DNA from: Acidobacteriota bacterium
GTDB taxonomy: Bacteria; Acidobacteriota; Terriglobia; Versatilivoradales; Versatilivoraceae
Direction of reading: 5' to 3'
Assembly: GCA_022616615.1 (NCBI GenBank)
Contig: JAKEER010000513.1
Location: 59,300-123,299, forward strand
DNA length: 64,000 nucleotides
In this document: positions 10,901-21,616 of the stretch, one piece after another
Numbering within the stretch: position 1 is the stretch's first letter
How the letters are laid out: each line of letters opens with the position of its first letter
Program-made: the position numbers and the translations under genes
Notes under the pieces: generated by a model
What the model was told of the DNA's origin: nothing
What the model saw: the letters and a program-made list of their open reading frames with translations, nothing else
Database searches by the model: none

Positions 10901-11442
10901 GGGAAGTGCCTTTTGGCAAAGGGAGACAATTCCTCAATCAACGAGGCATCGCAAGCGCCTTGGCCGGCAACTGGCAGCTCAACGGCATTTTTCGAACTTT
11001 CGGCGGGCAACCGATCACGGTACAAGCGGGAGCGGACTTCGCCAATACTGGGAACGGTGGCTGGGAGCGGCCTGACCAGATCGGTAATCCAATTCCTGCA
11101 AACCAAGACCGGCTGAACTGGTTCAACCGCGCGGCTTTTGCGTTTCCCCCGGATTGTCGAGTTGTAGCAATCGCCGATTGCCGATTTGGGACCTTGGGGA
11201 GGAACACCCTCCGCGGACCTGGATTTGCCAATCTGGATTTCTCAGTGTTTCGCGATTTCCCGATTTCAGACCGACTTGGGAAGATTCAGTTCCGCGCTGA
11301 ATTTTTCAATCTAACCAATCACACCAATTTCACGATGGGCCCCTTTAATTCGACTCTAAATCTGAATTCGACTACATTTGGCCAGATTTTCAGTGCTGCC
11401 CCGTCGCGACAAATTCAGTTTGCGGGCAAATGGATCTTCTAG
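7951..11442 (+). CDS. Oar-like TonB-dependent receptor with carboxypeptidase-regulatory-like N-domain
   Basis: RBS AAGGAG before ATG 7951. Motifs LTGTVTDP, LPLNGRQF, TKSGT, NQNQFGG and the C-terminal FRAEFFNLTNH...RQIQFAGKWIF. Confidence 0.93.
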   Translation: MVPNLTFKRMLFLAGALFVLLVCVQEPSQAQVTTTATLTGTVTDPQDKAMPQAQIVAKNMGTGLEYKAATNTQGEYRLFNLPPGLYTVSAIAEGFKVAVVNNITLTVNQSSTQNFTPEVGEVTQTVEVTGAAPLLQTGGATLGTIIDTRKVVDLPLNGRQFTELLLLVPGASPIDQKQDTIPGIGSTRSQLSGNTVIPPINGRPSRANLFYVDGIIDTETFFTGFAVSPSVDIIQEFNVETNNDQASSGLVTGGVVNAVTKSGTSQLHGTLYEFNRNKAVEARNFFDPTNRPNFNQNQFGGTVGGPVPHLHDTWYFGGYEGFRFVRGGNSQTRVPFADERNGNFASWLGPQEGTDALGRPVFRFQIFNPYTARQTTAGQVDPLTRLVATRTGFVREPFAGNIVPRNLWNPIVAYMRWLPEPNLAGQPGTALPNFINTQSARLDQDAFNIRLDHRFGPSDMVYGRYLSNNSTSFTPGAIPTGPSVGERNVRNVGVHWLHSFSPTLVMDLTAGFQQARNPGFVQQPADKEQMFKDVGFGMPDGAFFLGAGGLMPQMPSVGTGFGSVGSSSGSNLDPERITQLSGDITKNVGRHTLKGGGIWFHSRSNAINGCPAVSFSNLQTGDPSNIANTGLAFASFLLGDPSGGRIYAGDQGTIMSMDIVGFYAQDSFRVTPKLTLNYGLRWDHSTPPVEKKDRLAGFDWDTGLYVISGTTPPPDCAVTRAAPCIPGGVLPANVVMAGKRGDTDPVYDNWQPRLGLAYQLNDRTVVRLGTGTNFDNWAFLLQNAQDLRGNWPFGLNRVPQPDLNLTFFTNDAQHLVSGAGIIPPPTPFIAGSRVNSSKAKNAYVTRWNLDVQRQVTNSLTLDVAYVGSRGRRTYTGFIQNTALTPGPGLPISTRVPFPLLRVGANGGRTIGYSWYDALQVKAQQHLSRGLSFLVSYTWSKSLDTGCSGFAGIEGCSISNPYNIRGEKSVSSFDLPHMLAVSWLWEVPFGKGRQFLNQRGIASALAGNWQLNGIFRTFGGQPITVQAGADFANTGNGGWERPDQIGNPIPANQDRLNWFNRAAFAFPPDCRVVAIADCRFGTLGRNTLRGPGFANLDFSVFRDFPISDRLGKIQFRAEFFNLTNHTNFTMGPFNSTLNLNSTTFGQIFSAAPSRQIQFAGKWIF

Positions 11443-11610
11443 ATCACTTGGGCAAGCAGGAAATAGATGCGGGCGGCCTGTTTGGTTGGACGGGAGTTCA
11501 AGCGGCGTGAGACCCTTACAGCACACGAAAGGTGCTGTAAGGGCTCTTAGGGTCCATAAGCTGCGTTTTTGGGCAGGGGAAGGGATTCTTGAACACATCG
11601 TGGGGATCAT

Positions 11611-12016
11611 GAGCTTCTACTCAAGACCCTATATTACACGACAAGCGATGCGGCCAATGTTGGTGTCGGGAGCCGCACGGATCGTATTTGCACCGGCCAG
11701 TTTGTGGAACGTACCAACGCAGACTGTTTCGACACCTAGTGTTTTGCGATACCACCCACGGGCAACATCTTTGGTAATTGCGCGGGGAATTACCTTCTCG
11801 GGCTCGGTGCAGCAGCCTTCAATATGTCGATAGCCGGAATTCCGGGAGACAGAACGAGTTCCCATCCAAGGGCGCGCACATGCCTTCAATGCGTTTAACC
11901 ACGTGAACCCCAGTCTTGACAGTAACCCTAACCCTGTGACCGGACCTACCTTCGGTCGTCTAACCGGGTTGAAACTTGCTCGTCTCCTCCAGCTTGGCGC
12001 TCGGCTCGAAATCTGA
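11611..12016 (+). pseudogene. Degenerate C-terminal fragment of another Oar-like TonB-dependent receptor
   Basis: Manual translation SDAANVGVGSRTDRICTG...FDT*CFAIPPTGNIFGNC..., then after a frameshift AFNAFNHVNP...TFGRLTGLKLARLLQLGARLEI*. Confidence 0.75.
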
Positions 12017-12372
12017 AGTGGTCTGCGATGGGGATCAGCCGCGGGACAGTGCTATTTGCTGGCCTGCCATGAGGCTGCCCTGCAGAATTGGAAGACCGTA
12101 AGAGTTGCTCCAAAGGCGCGCTCGACACCAAGCCTCTCAAGCAGGCCACGCTTGGGCGCGATCGTCTCTATTCACTGACCGACACAGCTCACAACAACAT
12201 CGTAGAGTGCCACTCGCAGCCCTTGACCTGTGCTGATAACCGAGTACGCGTTTTCGGCGACGGGTCGCCGAAAACTGGGTCGTTCGGGCAGCCGAAAACA
12301 AATAGCTTAGGTCAACATTAGAAACAATTCTTCCAAGTGTTGCCCCTAAGCGCCTAACGCGTAGGTGAACTG

Positions 12373-14860
12373 ATGAGCCTCTTTCTGGTTCTCTTTATTC
12401 TGACTCTGTTCTGTCCGTGCAGCTTAGCGGCGGCCCCTCTTGACAAAACGAGGTCTCTGCTCTATTTCGCTCAACCCGCCGGAGAGTGGGTAGACGGATT
12501 TCCTCTGGGCAACGGTCTTCTGGGCGCGATGGTCATGGGCGGGGTAGAGACCGATCGGATCGCCCAGAACCATAACCGGCTCTGGCGCCGCTCAGTGGAA
12601 CGTCGAAACATTGAGGTCGGCGCGAAGCTCCCGGAGTTTCGCCGGTTGTTTCTGGCGGGCCGTTTCGAGGAAGCGGGTCGCCTGATGGAAAAGGACATCA
12701 TGCCGACGGGCGGGAAAATGTATGCCTACGTCAACCCTTTTCAACCGCTGGGCGATGGTTGAATTTTTCGCACAAGGCCGAGGCGGTCGACTATCGGCGC
12801 CAGCTCGATATGGACAGCGGCGTCGCCGAAGTAAGCTATCGAATCGGACGGGTACGGTTCCGTCGCGAGTATTTTGTTGCGGCTCCGCAGGACAACGTCC
12901 TGGTGATCCGAGTCACGTCCGATCAACCGGGAACGATGTCCGGACAGGTCAGGCTGGACCGAACCGAGCGGGACGACATCGCGCCAACACACCCCCGCGT
13001 TCAATTTCCCGAATGCACGATCGTACGCCAGGCGGCCGGCAACCTCCTGACTATGTCAGGAACGTTTAATGAGGGATTCCCGTTCGCGGCGGTTGCCAGT
13101 GTTGCCAGCAATGGTGGCAAGGTCATGGCCGAGGGAAATGTCATTCGCATTAGGGATGCCAGCGAAGTCTTGATTGTGACCGCGATGGCCACGGGATATG
13201 AGTCAGCCGACCCGACTGAGTGGTCAAAAAAGCATTTGGCTGGCGTGCAGCTCGCCTTCGAAAAACTGCGCGAGAGGCACGTAACCGATCATCAGCGACT
13301 GTTTCGACGCGTATATTTGTCGCTCGAGGATCCCGAACCCGATCGCCCACGGTCCAACTCATCGAAACAACAATTCGAACGAAACGCGGCTCAGTTAGGT
13401 TGTTCGAGAAACTGTTCGACTTCGGTCGTTACTTGCTGATAAGCGGCTCGCGCCCCGGCGGGCTACCGATGAACCTACAAGGCATCTGGAAAGATCAGCT
13501 CCATCCGCCCTGGGACAGCGACTATCACATGGACCTGAACCTGGAATTGAACTACTGGCCGGCCGAAGTTTGTAATCTGGCGGAGCTGCATCAGCCCTTG
13601 TTTGATTGGGTCGAGGCCAGGATTCCCGACGCCAGGAGAGCGGCGCGCAATCTGTTCGGCTGTCGTGGCATCTTCTTTCCCCTTGTGGGTGACGCGACCG
13701 GGCTCACCAATCCGGACAACATTGCCTTCAGTTGGCCCGGCAACGCCGGATGGCTGGCGCAACATTTCTGGCGTCACTGGGAGTTCACCAGGAACCGGGA
13801 GTTTCTGAAGCGCCGCGCTTATCCCTTCTTGAAGGAAGTAGCTGTATTTTACCTCGACTATCTTTTTAAAGACTCCGGCGGGAAATACGTCATTCTTCCG
13901 TCCGCATCCCCCGAAAACGGCATCCAGGGGCGAAAGGGGTGGACTCACTTTACGACGATCTCCTCGACCATCGACCTGGAAATCGCCCGCGAAGTCTTCA
14001 CGCATCTGATCGCCGGCAGTCAGATGTTAAAACTGGACGGCGATCAGGTGACCCGCTGGCGAAAGGTATTGGAGAACCTGCCGGCTCCACGAGTAAACGA
14101 GGAAGGCCGGCTGCTGGAGTGGTCCGAGGACGTTGAGGCGGCCGACCCCGCACACCGGCACCTGTCGCCGCTCTATGGACTTTTTCCAGGCGATCGCATC
14201 ACCACTGCGGGTTCGCCGGAGCTGGTCAGCGCCGCCAGAAAATTGCTGGAGTATCGCCTCCAGTTTGGGTCGGGCTCAGCCAACGGCTGGTCCTATCCCT
14301 GGCGGACGGCGCTGTTTGCAAGACTGTTCGAGGGCGATAAGGCGCTGGCGCAGCTGGACGAGATGGCGCGATGCTGCGTGAATGACAACCTGCTGAGCCT
14401 GATCACGGACTGGCGCGGGCAGGGCCTGACGATCAACTGGTTTGGCCGGAAAAAAGTCTTCCAGGTCGAGGCCAATCTGGCGACCACGGCAGCTATAGCG
14501 GAAATGCTGTTGCAGAGCCAGGGAGGGCTGATTCGGATTCTGCCCGCTCTGCCCGCGCGTTGGCCCGCTGGCAAAGTGGCAGGCCTCATGGCGCGTGACG
14601 GATTTGTAATCGACGTTGATTGGAACGGCGGGCAGGCCCAGTAGGTCAAGATTCACTCGCGGCAGGGAAATCGATGCCGGATTAAGGCCAGTGGCTCTTC
14701 CGGAAGAATTTTGGTCATGCGGGACGGACGGCCCGTGCGGTTCCGCACAGAACCAGACGGAGTAATCGAGTTTGAGACGAAGGCCGGGCGAGATTACCGG
14801 TTGACGCTCTCTTCGCTCGAATCCAACCGAGGCTTGGGGCCGGAAAGGGCAAGACAATGA
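12373..14860 (+). pseudogene. GH95 alpha-L-fucosidase-like glycoside hydrolase, disrupted
   Basis: Motifs FPLGNGLLGAMVMGG, FQPLGD, FDFGRYLLISGSRPG, NLQGIW, WDSDYH, HRHLSPLYG, EMLLQS are split over three ORFs. Frameshifts at about 12757 and 13347, in-frame TAG at 14642-14644, and the frame continues to TGA at 14860. Confidence 0.88.
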
Positions 14861-14966
14861 GGCTTTGCTCCGGCCGAGCAGGGCATCAGGGTACGCCTTG
14901 CCTTACGGGCTGACAGTCAGAGTCGCTCTTGTTTGAGGCAGTAAGGAAATAACCGGAGGTATCTGG

Positions 14967-17492
14967 ATGGACCGAAGATTGTTTCTGCAGATCATGACCG
15001 GGGTAGTTGCTTCAGCGCGCAGCACCTATGCCGCGGACGAAACAATTCATCTAGGCAAGCGCGGTGTGGATGTCGATTATGCTTCCTACCTCAGCAAGCA
15101 CGACATTGTCTATGTGTCGCCGGCACTGGAGGGATATGAAGGATTCCCTATTGGCAACGGCGACCTGGGAGGAATGCTCTGGACACCCTCCGGTGGACTT
15201 ACCCTGACCCTCAACAAATGCGATGCCTGGGATGACCGTCCCGGTTTTGAGCCGGGAAACCAGACGGATCTGGTCTCGTGTGGCGCACTGAATATCGAGT
15301 CGCTTCCGGTATTCGATTGGATCTACCTCGAAGGCTATGAGGCAAGACTTTCGCTGTTTGAAGCTTGCTCCCGCATTCGCTCGAAGACCCCATTTGGAAC
15401 GACTGAGATTGAATCCTTCTGCTCGTCAAAAAGCAAAGTCTTCTGCTGCCATGTTCGGGACAGCTTGACTCAGGAGGTGGTACGCAAGATCAAACTGTCT
15501 CGCTGGCCGAGCCGTTCTTTGGATCTGTTGATCACCGCTCCGGGAACCTACAGTGGAGATGCTTCTCAGCGCCTTGCAGGGGTCACTTCCGGTTTTGAAG
15601 GCACCGGAATTTGGACCCAGATTCAGCTTAGCCAGATGTCTGTGGCTGTCTACTGCGAAGTGGATGGCTTTGAGCCAAAGATGTTTCGCGAGAGTGCCTT
15701 CCTTGCAGGAATTGAAAGCCCAGCCCAAAAGAAAGCCGACTACGTCACCTATGTTTCCATTGTCACTTCGGAGGAAGTGGCTAACCCTCTGGCGCAGGCG
15801 CGGACGAACGTGCAAGCCGCTCGACGTAAGGGTTACTCAAGCGTTCTAAGCGAACATAAGCAGGAATGGAGTGACTTCTGGCACCGCTCTTTCTTGCAGG
15901 TCTCGGAGGACTACTTTGAGAACCTCTGGTATTTCCACCTCTATCAACTGAACTCCTGTTCGCGCGGAAGGTATGCGCCATTGTTCAGCGGCGGATTGTG
16001 GTTGTGGAACAAGGATATCCGCCAGTGGGGGGGCCGCTACTACCACTGGAACGAACAGGGGGTTTACTGGCCGGTCCACGCAGCCAACCATGCTGAACTG
16101 GCTGAGCCCTACTACCGCACCTATTTCCCGATGATTGAGCCTGCCCGCGCGGCTGCCAAGATAGCCCTTGGGATTGATGGCGTTTTCTTTTCTGACATCG
16201 CCAACCGTAAAGGAGAGCAGCTGGTCAGCAGCTCATCGCTGAGTTGTAATCTCACACCCGGCATGCAGATCGCTCTCGATTTTTGGCGTCACTACGACTA
16301 CACGCGCCAGCAACCCTTTCTGGTGCAACAGGCCATTCCTTTTTTGGAAGAGAATATCCGCTTCTATCTGGGCATTCTCAAGCGAGACAGCGCCGGGAAG
16401 TACTATGTCCCTTCGAGTTGTGCTTATGAGACGCCTGGAGGTGGGGATGAGCGGAAACTGCGTAACGCGACTCCGGATATTGCCACGATCCGGGCGGGTT
16501 TCAAGGCCTATCTGAGCGGGATGCGTGTGCTGAACCGTGAAAATGACTTGGTTAAGTCTTGCGAGGATGTTCTTAAGCATCTCGCCCCGTTTGTGACCTA
16601 CCAGGATCCCGTACGTGGTGAGGTTTTCGGGCGCGGACTCTATCCCAGCGGGAAAGTGGCCACAGACCCCGTCTTTCGTCCTGACCAATCGCCGGTGTTC
16701 CCTTCCGGTGAAGTTGGCTTGAATGACCGAGGATCTAAACTTTTCGAGACTGCAGTTCGAACTTACCGGCCGGGAGAAAGAAAAGAAATCGGTATCTGGC
16801 CCGAGAGTGTTGTAGCTGCCCGATTGGGTCTGAAAGACGCTGCAGTCAAAGAACTCGCCGTAAGAGCGGATCAGCTTCAGATTTTTCCTCAAGGCTTTTT
16901 CACCGACATGGGTATGCGCACGCTTCAGTTTTATGCGCACAACAAGTCTGAAGGCGCCCCGGTTAGAGGCTGGGATGCGCGGCCTCGTCTTGGCGGCGTT
17001 TCTGCGGAGAAGCGCCCTGTCCCTGTTAAGTCCATCACTCAGCCCTTTCTGGAGAGCGCTGGAATTTTTGCGACCACCCTGAATGAGATGTTGTTGCAGA
17101 GTCACGACGGAAAGATTCGTGTCTTTCCAGCGGCGCCAGAGGACTGGACAGCTCGATTCACGCTTCGCGCCTCGGGCGCCTTCATGGTGACTTCCGAATC
17201 TGTCAAAGGGGACATCCGCTACATCCACATTCAGAGCCTCGTGGGTGGCGAATGTGTGGTGGTCAATCCGTGGTCGTCCGTGGCACGACTCCAGCACCTC
17301 GCTTCCGGAAAGGTAATCACAGAAGGGAGCTTGGCCGAGTTCCGTTTCAACACCGAGCCAAGTCAAATCTACCTTTTGGAACGGATCGAGAAGCCCATTC
17401 AGAGCTATGAGCGGGCTACGTTGAAAGCAACAGCCAACCAGGCGCCGAAGACCTTCGGCCGGGCAATTCTCGGCAAGATTAGAGATTTTTGA
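14967..17492 (+). CDS. Tat-exported GH95-like glycoside hydrolase
   Basis: MDRRLFL Tat signal, PIGNGDLGGMLW, WGGRYYHWNEQ, NEMLLQSHDGKIRVFPA, LRASGAFMV. Confidence 0.85.
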   Translation: MDRRLFLQIMTGVVASARSTYAADETIHLGKRGVDVDYASYLSKHDIVYVSPALEGYEGFPIGNGDLGGMLWTPSGGLTLTLNKCDAWDDRPGFEPGNQTDLVSCGALNIESLPVFDWIYLEGYEARLSLFEACSRIRSKTPFGTTEIESFCSSKSKVFCCHVRDSLTQEVVRKIKLSRWPSRSLDLLITAPGTYSGDASQRLAGVTSGFEGTGIWTQIQLSQMSVAVYCEVDGFEPKMFRESAFLAGIESPAQKKADYVTYVSIVTSEEVANPLAQARTNVQAARRKGYSSVLSEHKQEWSDFWHRSFLQVSEDYFENLWYFHLYQLNSCSRGRYAPLFSGGLWLWNKDIRQWGGRYYHWNEQGVYWPVHAANHAELAEPYYRTYFPMIEPARAAAKIALGIDGVFFSDIANRKGEQLVSSSSLSCNLTPGMQIALDFWRHYDYTRQQPFLVQQAIPFLEENIRFYLGILKRDSAGKYYVPSSCAYETPGGGDERKLRNATPDIATIRAGFKAYLSGMRVLNRENDLVKSCEDVLKHLAPFVTYQDPVRGEVFGRGLYPSGKVATDPVFRPDQSPVFPSGEVGLNDRGSKLFETAVRTYRPGERKEIGIWPESVVAARLGLKDAAVKELAVRADQLQIFPQGFFTDMGMRTLQFYAHNKSEGAPVRGWDARPRLGGVSAEKRPVPVKSITQPFLESAGIFATTLNEMLLQSHDGKIRVFPAAPEDWTARFTLRASGAFMVTSESVKGDIRYIHIQSLVGGECVVVNPWSSVARLQHLASGKVITEGSLAEFRFNTEPSQIYLLERIEKPIQSYERATLKATANQAPKTFGRAILGKIRDF

Positions 17493-17699
17493 AAATGGGG
17501 GAGTGTTTTGCGATTTCCGTTTGGCTATTGGCTGGCTCTGCCTTCACTGTGACTGCTGACTCAACAGAGGGCGAAGCTTCCGGCCGTTGAAGCCACGTGC
17601 GTTTTGGAAACCTGATTCCAGGTCCTGGCTGAATTGGCAAGCGGCGGGTAAGCTCAGGTTAAGGGAATGATAACGATGAGAAAGGATCTGACAAACCGG

Positions 17700-19795
17700 A
17701 TGAACCGACGCGAATTCTTGCAAAGCACGAGCATGCGGGCTGCGCTTCTTCCATTGCTTTGCATGTGACTTCCCGCCCAGAGAAGGCGGATTCGAGTGCC
17801 AGTACTCTCGTCTCATTCCGCATCGCCCCTCCTCAGTGGCTAACAGACCAGCGGTTTCAGGCTTTGCTGGCATTTTTTCGGAAGTATCCGAAGACGGCTG
17901 ACGAACTGGCCTTCTTCACGTCAGGGACACACGCGCCCTTGACGCCGCAAGAGAACCTGAAACGGGCCGATCGGCTCTCAAAACTCATGGCGCTTGTGCG
18001 ACGGGATGGTATGTCTGCCGGCATCAACATCCTGGCAACCATGGGGCATCATGAGGAGAACCTCGAGAGCTCGCTTGACGAGCCCTGGCAGCGCGTTGTC
18101 GATCCACAGGGTCGGGAATCTCGCGGTAGCTATTGCCCGGCTGGGGTGGAATTACTCGAATACACGAGGAAGGTGTACGCCGGGCTAGCCGAGGCTTCGC
18201 CCGATTTTATCTGGATTGACGACGATGTGCGTCTGGCCGGACATCTGCCGATCACCTACACATGCTTTTGCCAACCCTGCGTCCAGCGTTTTTCCAAGAA
18301 AGCGGGACGAAATCTTACCCGGGATTCGCTGGTGACCGCTTTCAGCTCCGGTTCTCTTGAAGAACGCTTGCTGTTGCGCGGTCAGTGGCTGCAGCACAAC
18401 CGAGAGACCATCAACAACCTCTTTGGCGTCATCGAGGAAACCGTTCATCGAGTGCACCCTAGGTTGCCTCTTGGTTTCATGACGGGTGACAGGTTCTACG
18501 AGGGTTATGATTTTGCAAACTGGGCCAAGACCCTGGCTGGCCCTCAGGCGAGCGTTGTGCGCTGGCGCCCGGGAGGCGGATTCTATTCGGATGAGTCGCT
18601 TCTGGGGCTCATTGAAAAGGCTCACGATATTGGCCGCCAGGTCTCGCGATTGCCAGCCCATGTGAAAGTCATCCAATCCGAGATTGAGAATTTTCCTTAT
18701 GACTTGCTTCGAAAAAGCGTTGAAACCACGGTGATCGAGGCGGCGGCTCATATGGCGGCGGGCACTACGGGTACGGCCTTCAATGTGCTCTCGCAACGAG
18801 ACAATCCTTTGGATGAGTACGAACCAATGCTGCATCGGATTCAGCGGGCGAAGGGCTTCTATCGAACGTTGCAGGCAGAACTGGGACGCACTCCTGTTAC
18901 CGGGATGTGGCCTGCCTGGAGTCGAGATACGTTCAGTGCGAACAATATCGACGGCCAGTGGCTTGAAAGGGGAGATGCCGTTGGAACTCTGCGCAAGAGT
19001 TACGTGCTCGGCGAAATCGGAATTCCCCTCTGTTACAGTCAAACAAGTGCCGTCGCCACCATCCTTGCCGGCCCTTCGGTGCTGGCATTCAAGACTCAGG
19101 AATTAAGACAGATCTTTGCGGGCGGGGTTCTGATGGATGTGTCGGCATGGAATGCGCTGGACCGTCTGGGTCTGGCTAGCTGGACAGGTGTGCAGCCAAG
19201 TCAAAGATACGAGCGGGACGCAATCGAGGTTCTTGCGAAACATTCCATCAATGGGAGATTTGGCGGATGGTCCCGTGACTGCCGGCAATCCTTCTACTGG
19301 CGCGAAGATGCTTACAATCTTGATCCTCAATCTGCGGGTGTTGCGGTGCTTGCGCAATTGACAGACTATTCAGGTCGAGACCTGGGACCATCGATGACAG
19401 CCTTCGAAAACGAGCTTGGTGGTCGAGTGGTTGTCATGGGTTACTTTCCCTGGACGCAGATGCACAGTCTTGCCAAGGCTACCCAGATCAAGGCAGTCAG
19501 CCAATGGCTCAGTCGCGACCGTTTGCCTGCTCTCGTTGAATCTTTCGCGAAGGTCCAGATCTGGGCTCGTGAAACCGGCCCTGGCCGCATAGCATGCGTC
19601 TTGCTTAATGCCTCTCTGGACCCCTTGGAAAAGTTGACCTTGCGCTTCAGAGAGACATTCAAAGAATTCGACTGGTTAACCATTGATGGGGAGGTGAGCC
19701 GGCTGCAGCCGGCACTCGCCGCGGATAGTCGCGGATTTTTCAGGACGCCTGGTTTGAAACCGTGGGGCATTTATCTTTTGAGAGCAAGGGCATGA
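17700..19795 (+). pseudogene. Glycoside-hydrolase-like TIM-barrel protein whose Tat signal is frameshifted out of frame
   Basis: ATG 17700 gives MNRREFLQSTSMRAALLPLLCM*. The main 678-aa frame (17759-19795) carries IWIDDD and a CFCQPC metal motif reminiscent of GH42-like enzymes. The shift could be a sequencing indel. Confidence 0.6.
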
Positions 19796-19879
19796 TGGCG
19801 CAAGCCTATCGCCCTCCGACTCGTTTTCGATTCTGCAAGGCACCGTTCAGATTTCTAAGCTACGAGGAAGGACTCCATT

Positions 19880-20899
19880 ATGGTTAGCCCATTTCCTAGT
19901 CCTGCCAAGAGCACCATGACTTTGCTCCGTGGCGTCTCGTTGCTTCTGTTGGGAACACTCTTCCCGGCTGGATCTGCAAGCAGCGCGAATCTGCACGGCA
20001 AAGAGCCCTCAAAATTTGTCAACAGGTTGGTAAAGAAGGGCAGGTTAAACTCTCCGCTTGTCGAAGTGACGCCATTCGTTTTCAAAGACCGTCTTTACCG
20101 TTTGGAGAACTGGCAGAAGCAATGGGAGTTTCCCGGCTCGCCTGAAGGCAGCCGCTTTCAAGAAGATCAGGTCCGAATCCGCGATGTCGAAAGAGACCAG
20201 CTTGTTTCCACGCCTCTGACTGGGCATGGTCTTGGGATGGCTTTTGTTTGGCAGAATCGGGTCTACGTTTTTGCTGGTAATTGGGGCAATGTGAAGAAGT
20301 GGAACATTACTGAGATCGAAATGGTTTCATCCCAAGATTTAGTTCACTGGAAGGAAGCGGTTGTCGTCTTGAAAGCCGAGCCACAGGAGAAGTTCTTCAA
20401 TGTCGCCGTATGCCGTGGTGAAGGACGATTCGTTCTTTTGGTGGAATCCAACGATCCTGCCTGGCCTCCCTTCACATTCAAGTATTTTGTGTCGGATGAC
20501 CTGCTCCGTTGGCAGCCTGTCCCAGACGCGATTTACGGCAGAGACAAGTACGTAGGAGGTCCTGCGCTCTACTATGAAGGAGGCTATTATTAGACTCTCT
20601 ATTTGCAAAGCCTGGGCAAGAAACGGTACGAAACGAGAGTGACGCGCTCCAAGGATCTCGTGCATTGGCAAGATGCACCTGAAGGAAGAGCTTTTCTGAC
20701 GTTCAATCTCAAACACAAGAATCTTCCTCTCCGTCCAGCAGATATTTCGGAAAGCAACGCGTCCGATGCGGAACTCTGCGAGTGGAAAGGAAAGACGTTG
20801 GTTTACTTCACGGGCAGCGATCAGGTCATCGGCGGAGACCTGCAATGGGCGGAATTTGACGGCACACCTCGGGAGTTGCTGGAACATTTCTATGAATAA
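19880..20899 (+). pseudogene. Five-bladed beta-propeller glycosidase-like protein (GH43/GH32-like fold) with in-frame amber stop
   Basis: Signal peptide and repeats SSQDLVHW, SDDLLRW, RSKDLVHW. TAG at 20591-20593 in GGYY*TLYL, with the frame continuing to TAA at 20899. Confidence 0.72.
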
Positions 20900-21568
20900 C
20901 CAGCAGCCACCGTTCCTGCCTCGCATTGTTATCGTATTCATCAGTAATCTGGAGATCCTCAGGCATGAAGCCGGATCTCTCCGCTGAGTTCACATTGACT
21001 CCAATTGACTCTTTTCTGCTCTCATACCAAACGGAATTCACCGAAATTCGCGATTAATCGTGTCGTAGGGGCTGGGTTGCTGGGCAGGAATTCGACAGCG
21101 GAGAGAACACCGTGGAGACAGAGATTACTTTCCGGCGAGTGGGACACTGAAATGGCCGATGATCGTGTTCTTCGCCAAAAACCCTTCCGACTCGATTTGA
21201 ATCCAGTTCGGGGTGGTCCTGCAATTCTCAGGTGGGTGGTCTGAGAAAGGGAAGGGAGTGCCTGCGAGCGGCAAGAAACTCTGGAGCTCGCTCGTCTGCC
21301 AGACCGCGAGATTCAAGGCCACTGTGGACTTTCCGCACGCTCCCTGAATTTCGCGAAAGCAAAGGCACGCGCATACAACCGCCTCTCGAGAGAGGTTGGC
21401 TGTTCGGAAGGAGCGACTCAGTCGGGACCCATTACCGTCCGTTGATGTGGAAATGGACCACCAAAAAGACTCAGCAATAACTCAGCAGAATGCGCCGCAT
21501 GGGAACGCAAGTGCCTGAAAAACAGGGTATATGCCGGATCATAAGTCGTTATTAATCTGTGTGCGTTG

Positions 21569-21616
21569 TGCCTTGGGCGCAGGCGGACGGAGGTTCAAAT
21601 CCTCACGCCCCGACCA
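21569..21616 (+). pseudogene. 3' remnant of tRNA-Pro(TGG), probable att site
   Basis: TGC-CT-TGG-GC-GCA anticodon arm followed by GGAGGTTCAAATCCTCACGCCCCGACCA (T-arm, acceptor strand, CCA). The 5' acceptor strand and D-arm are absent. Confidence 0.75.

Noticed and set aside
14642-20593. Two in-frame TAG codons suggesting amber recoding or pyrrolysine
   Set aside because: TAG is the normal stop of intact genes here (11442, 43323, 62422), no pyl genes are present, and the same locus has frameshifts, so nonsense mutation is simpler.
21569-21616. Functional tRNA gene
   Set aside because: It lacks the 5' acceptor strand and D-arm and has stem mismatches, so it is kept only as a remnant.
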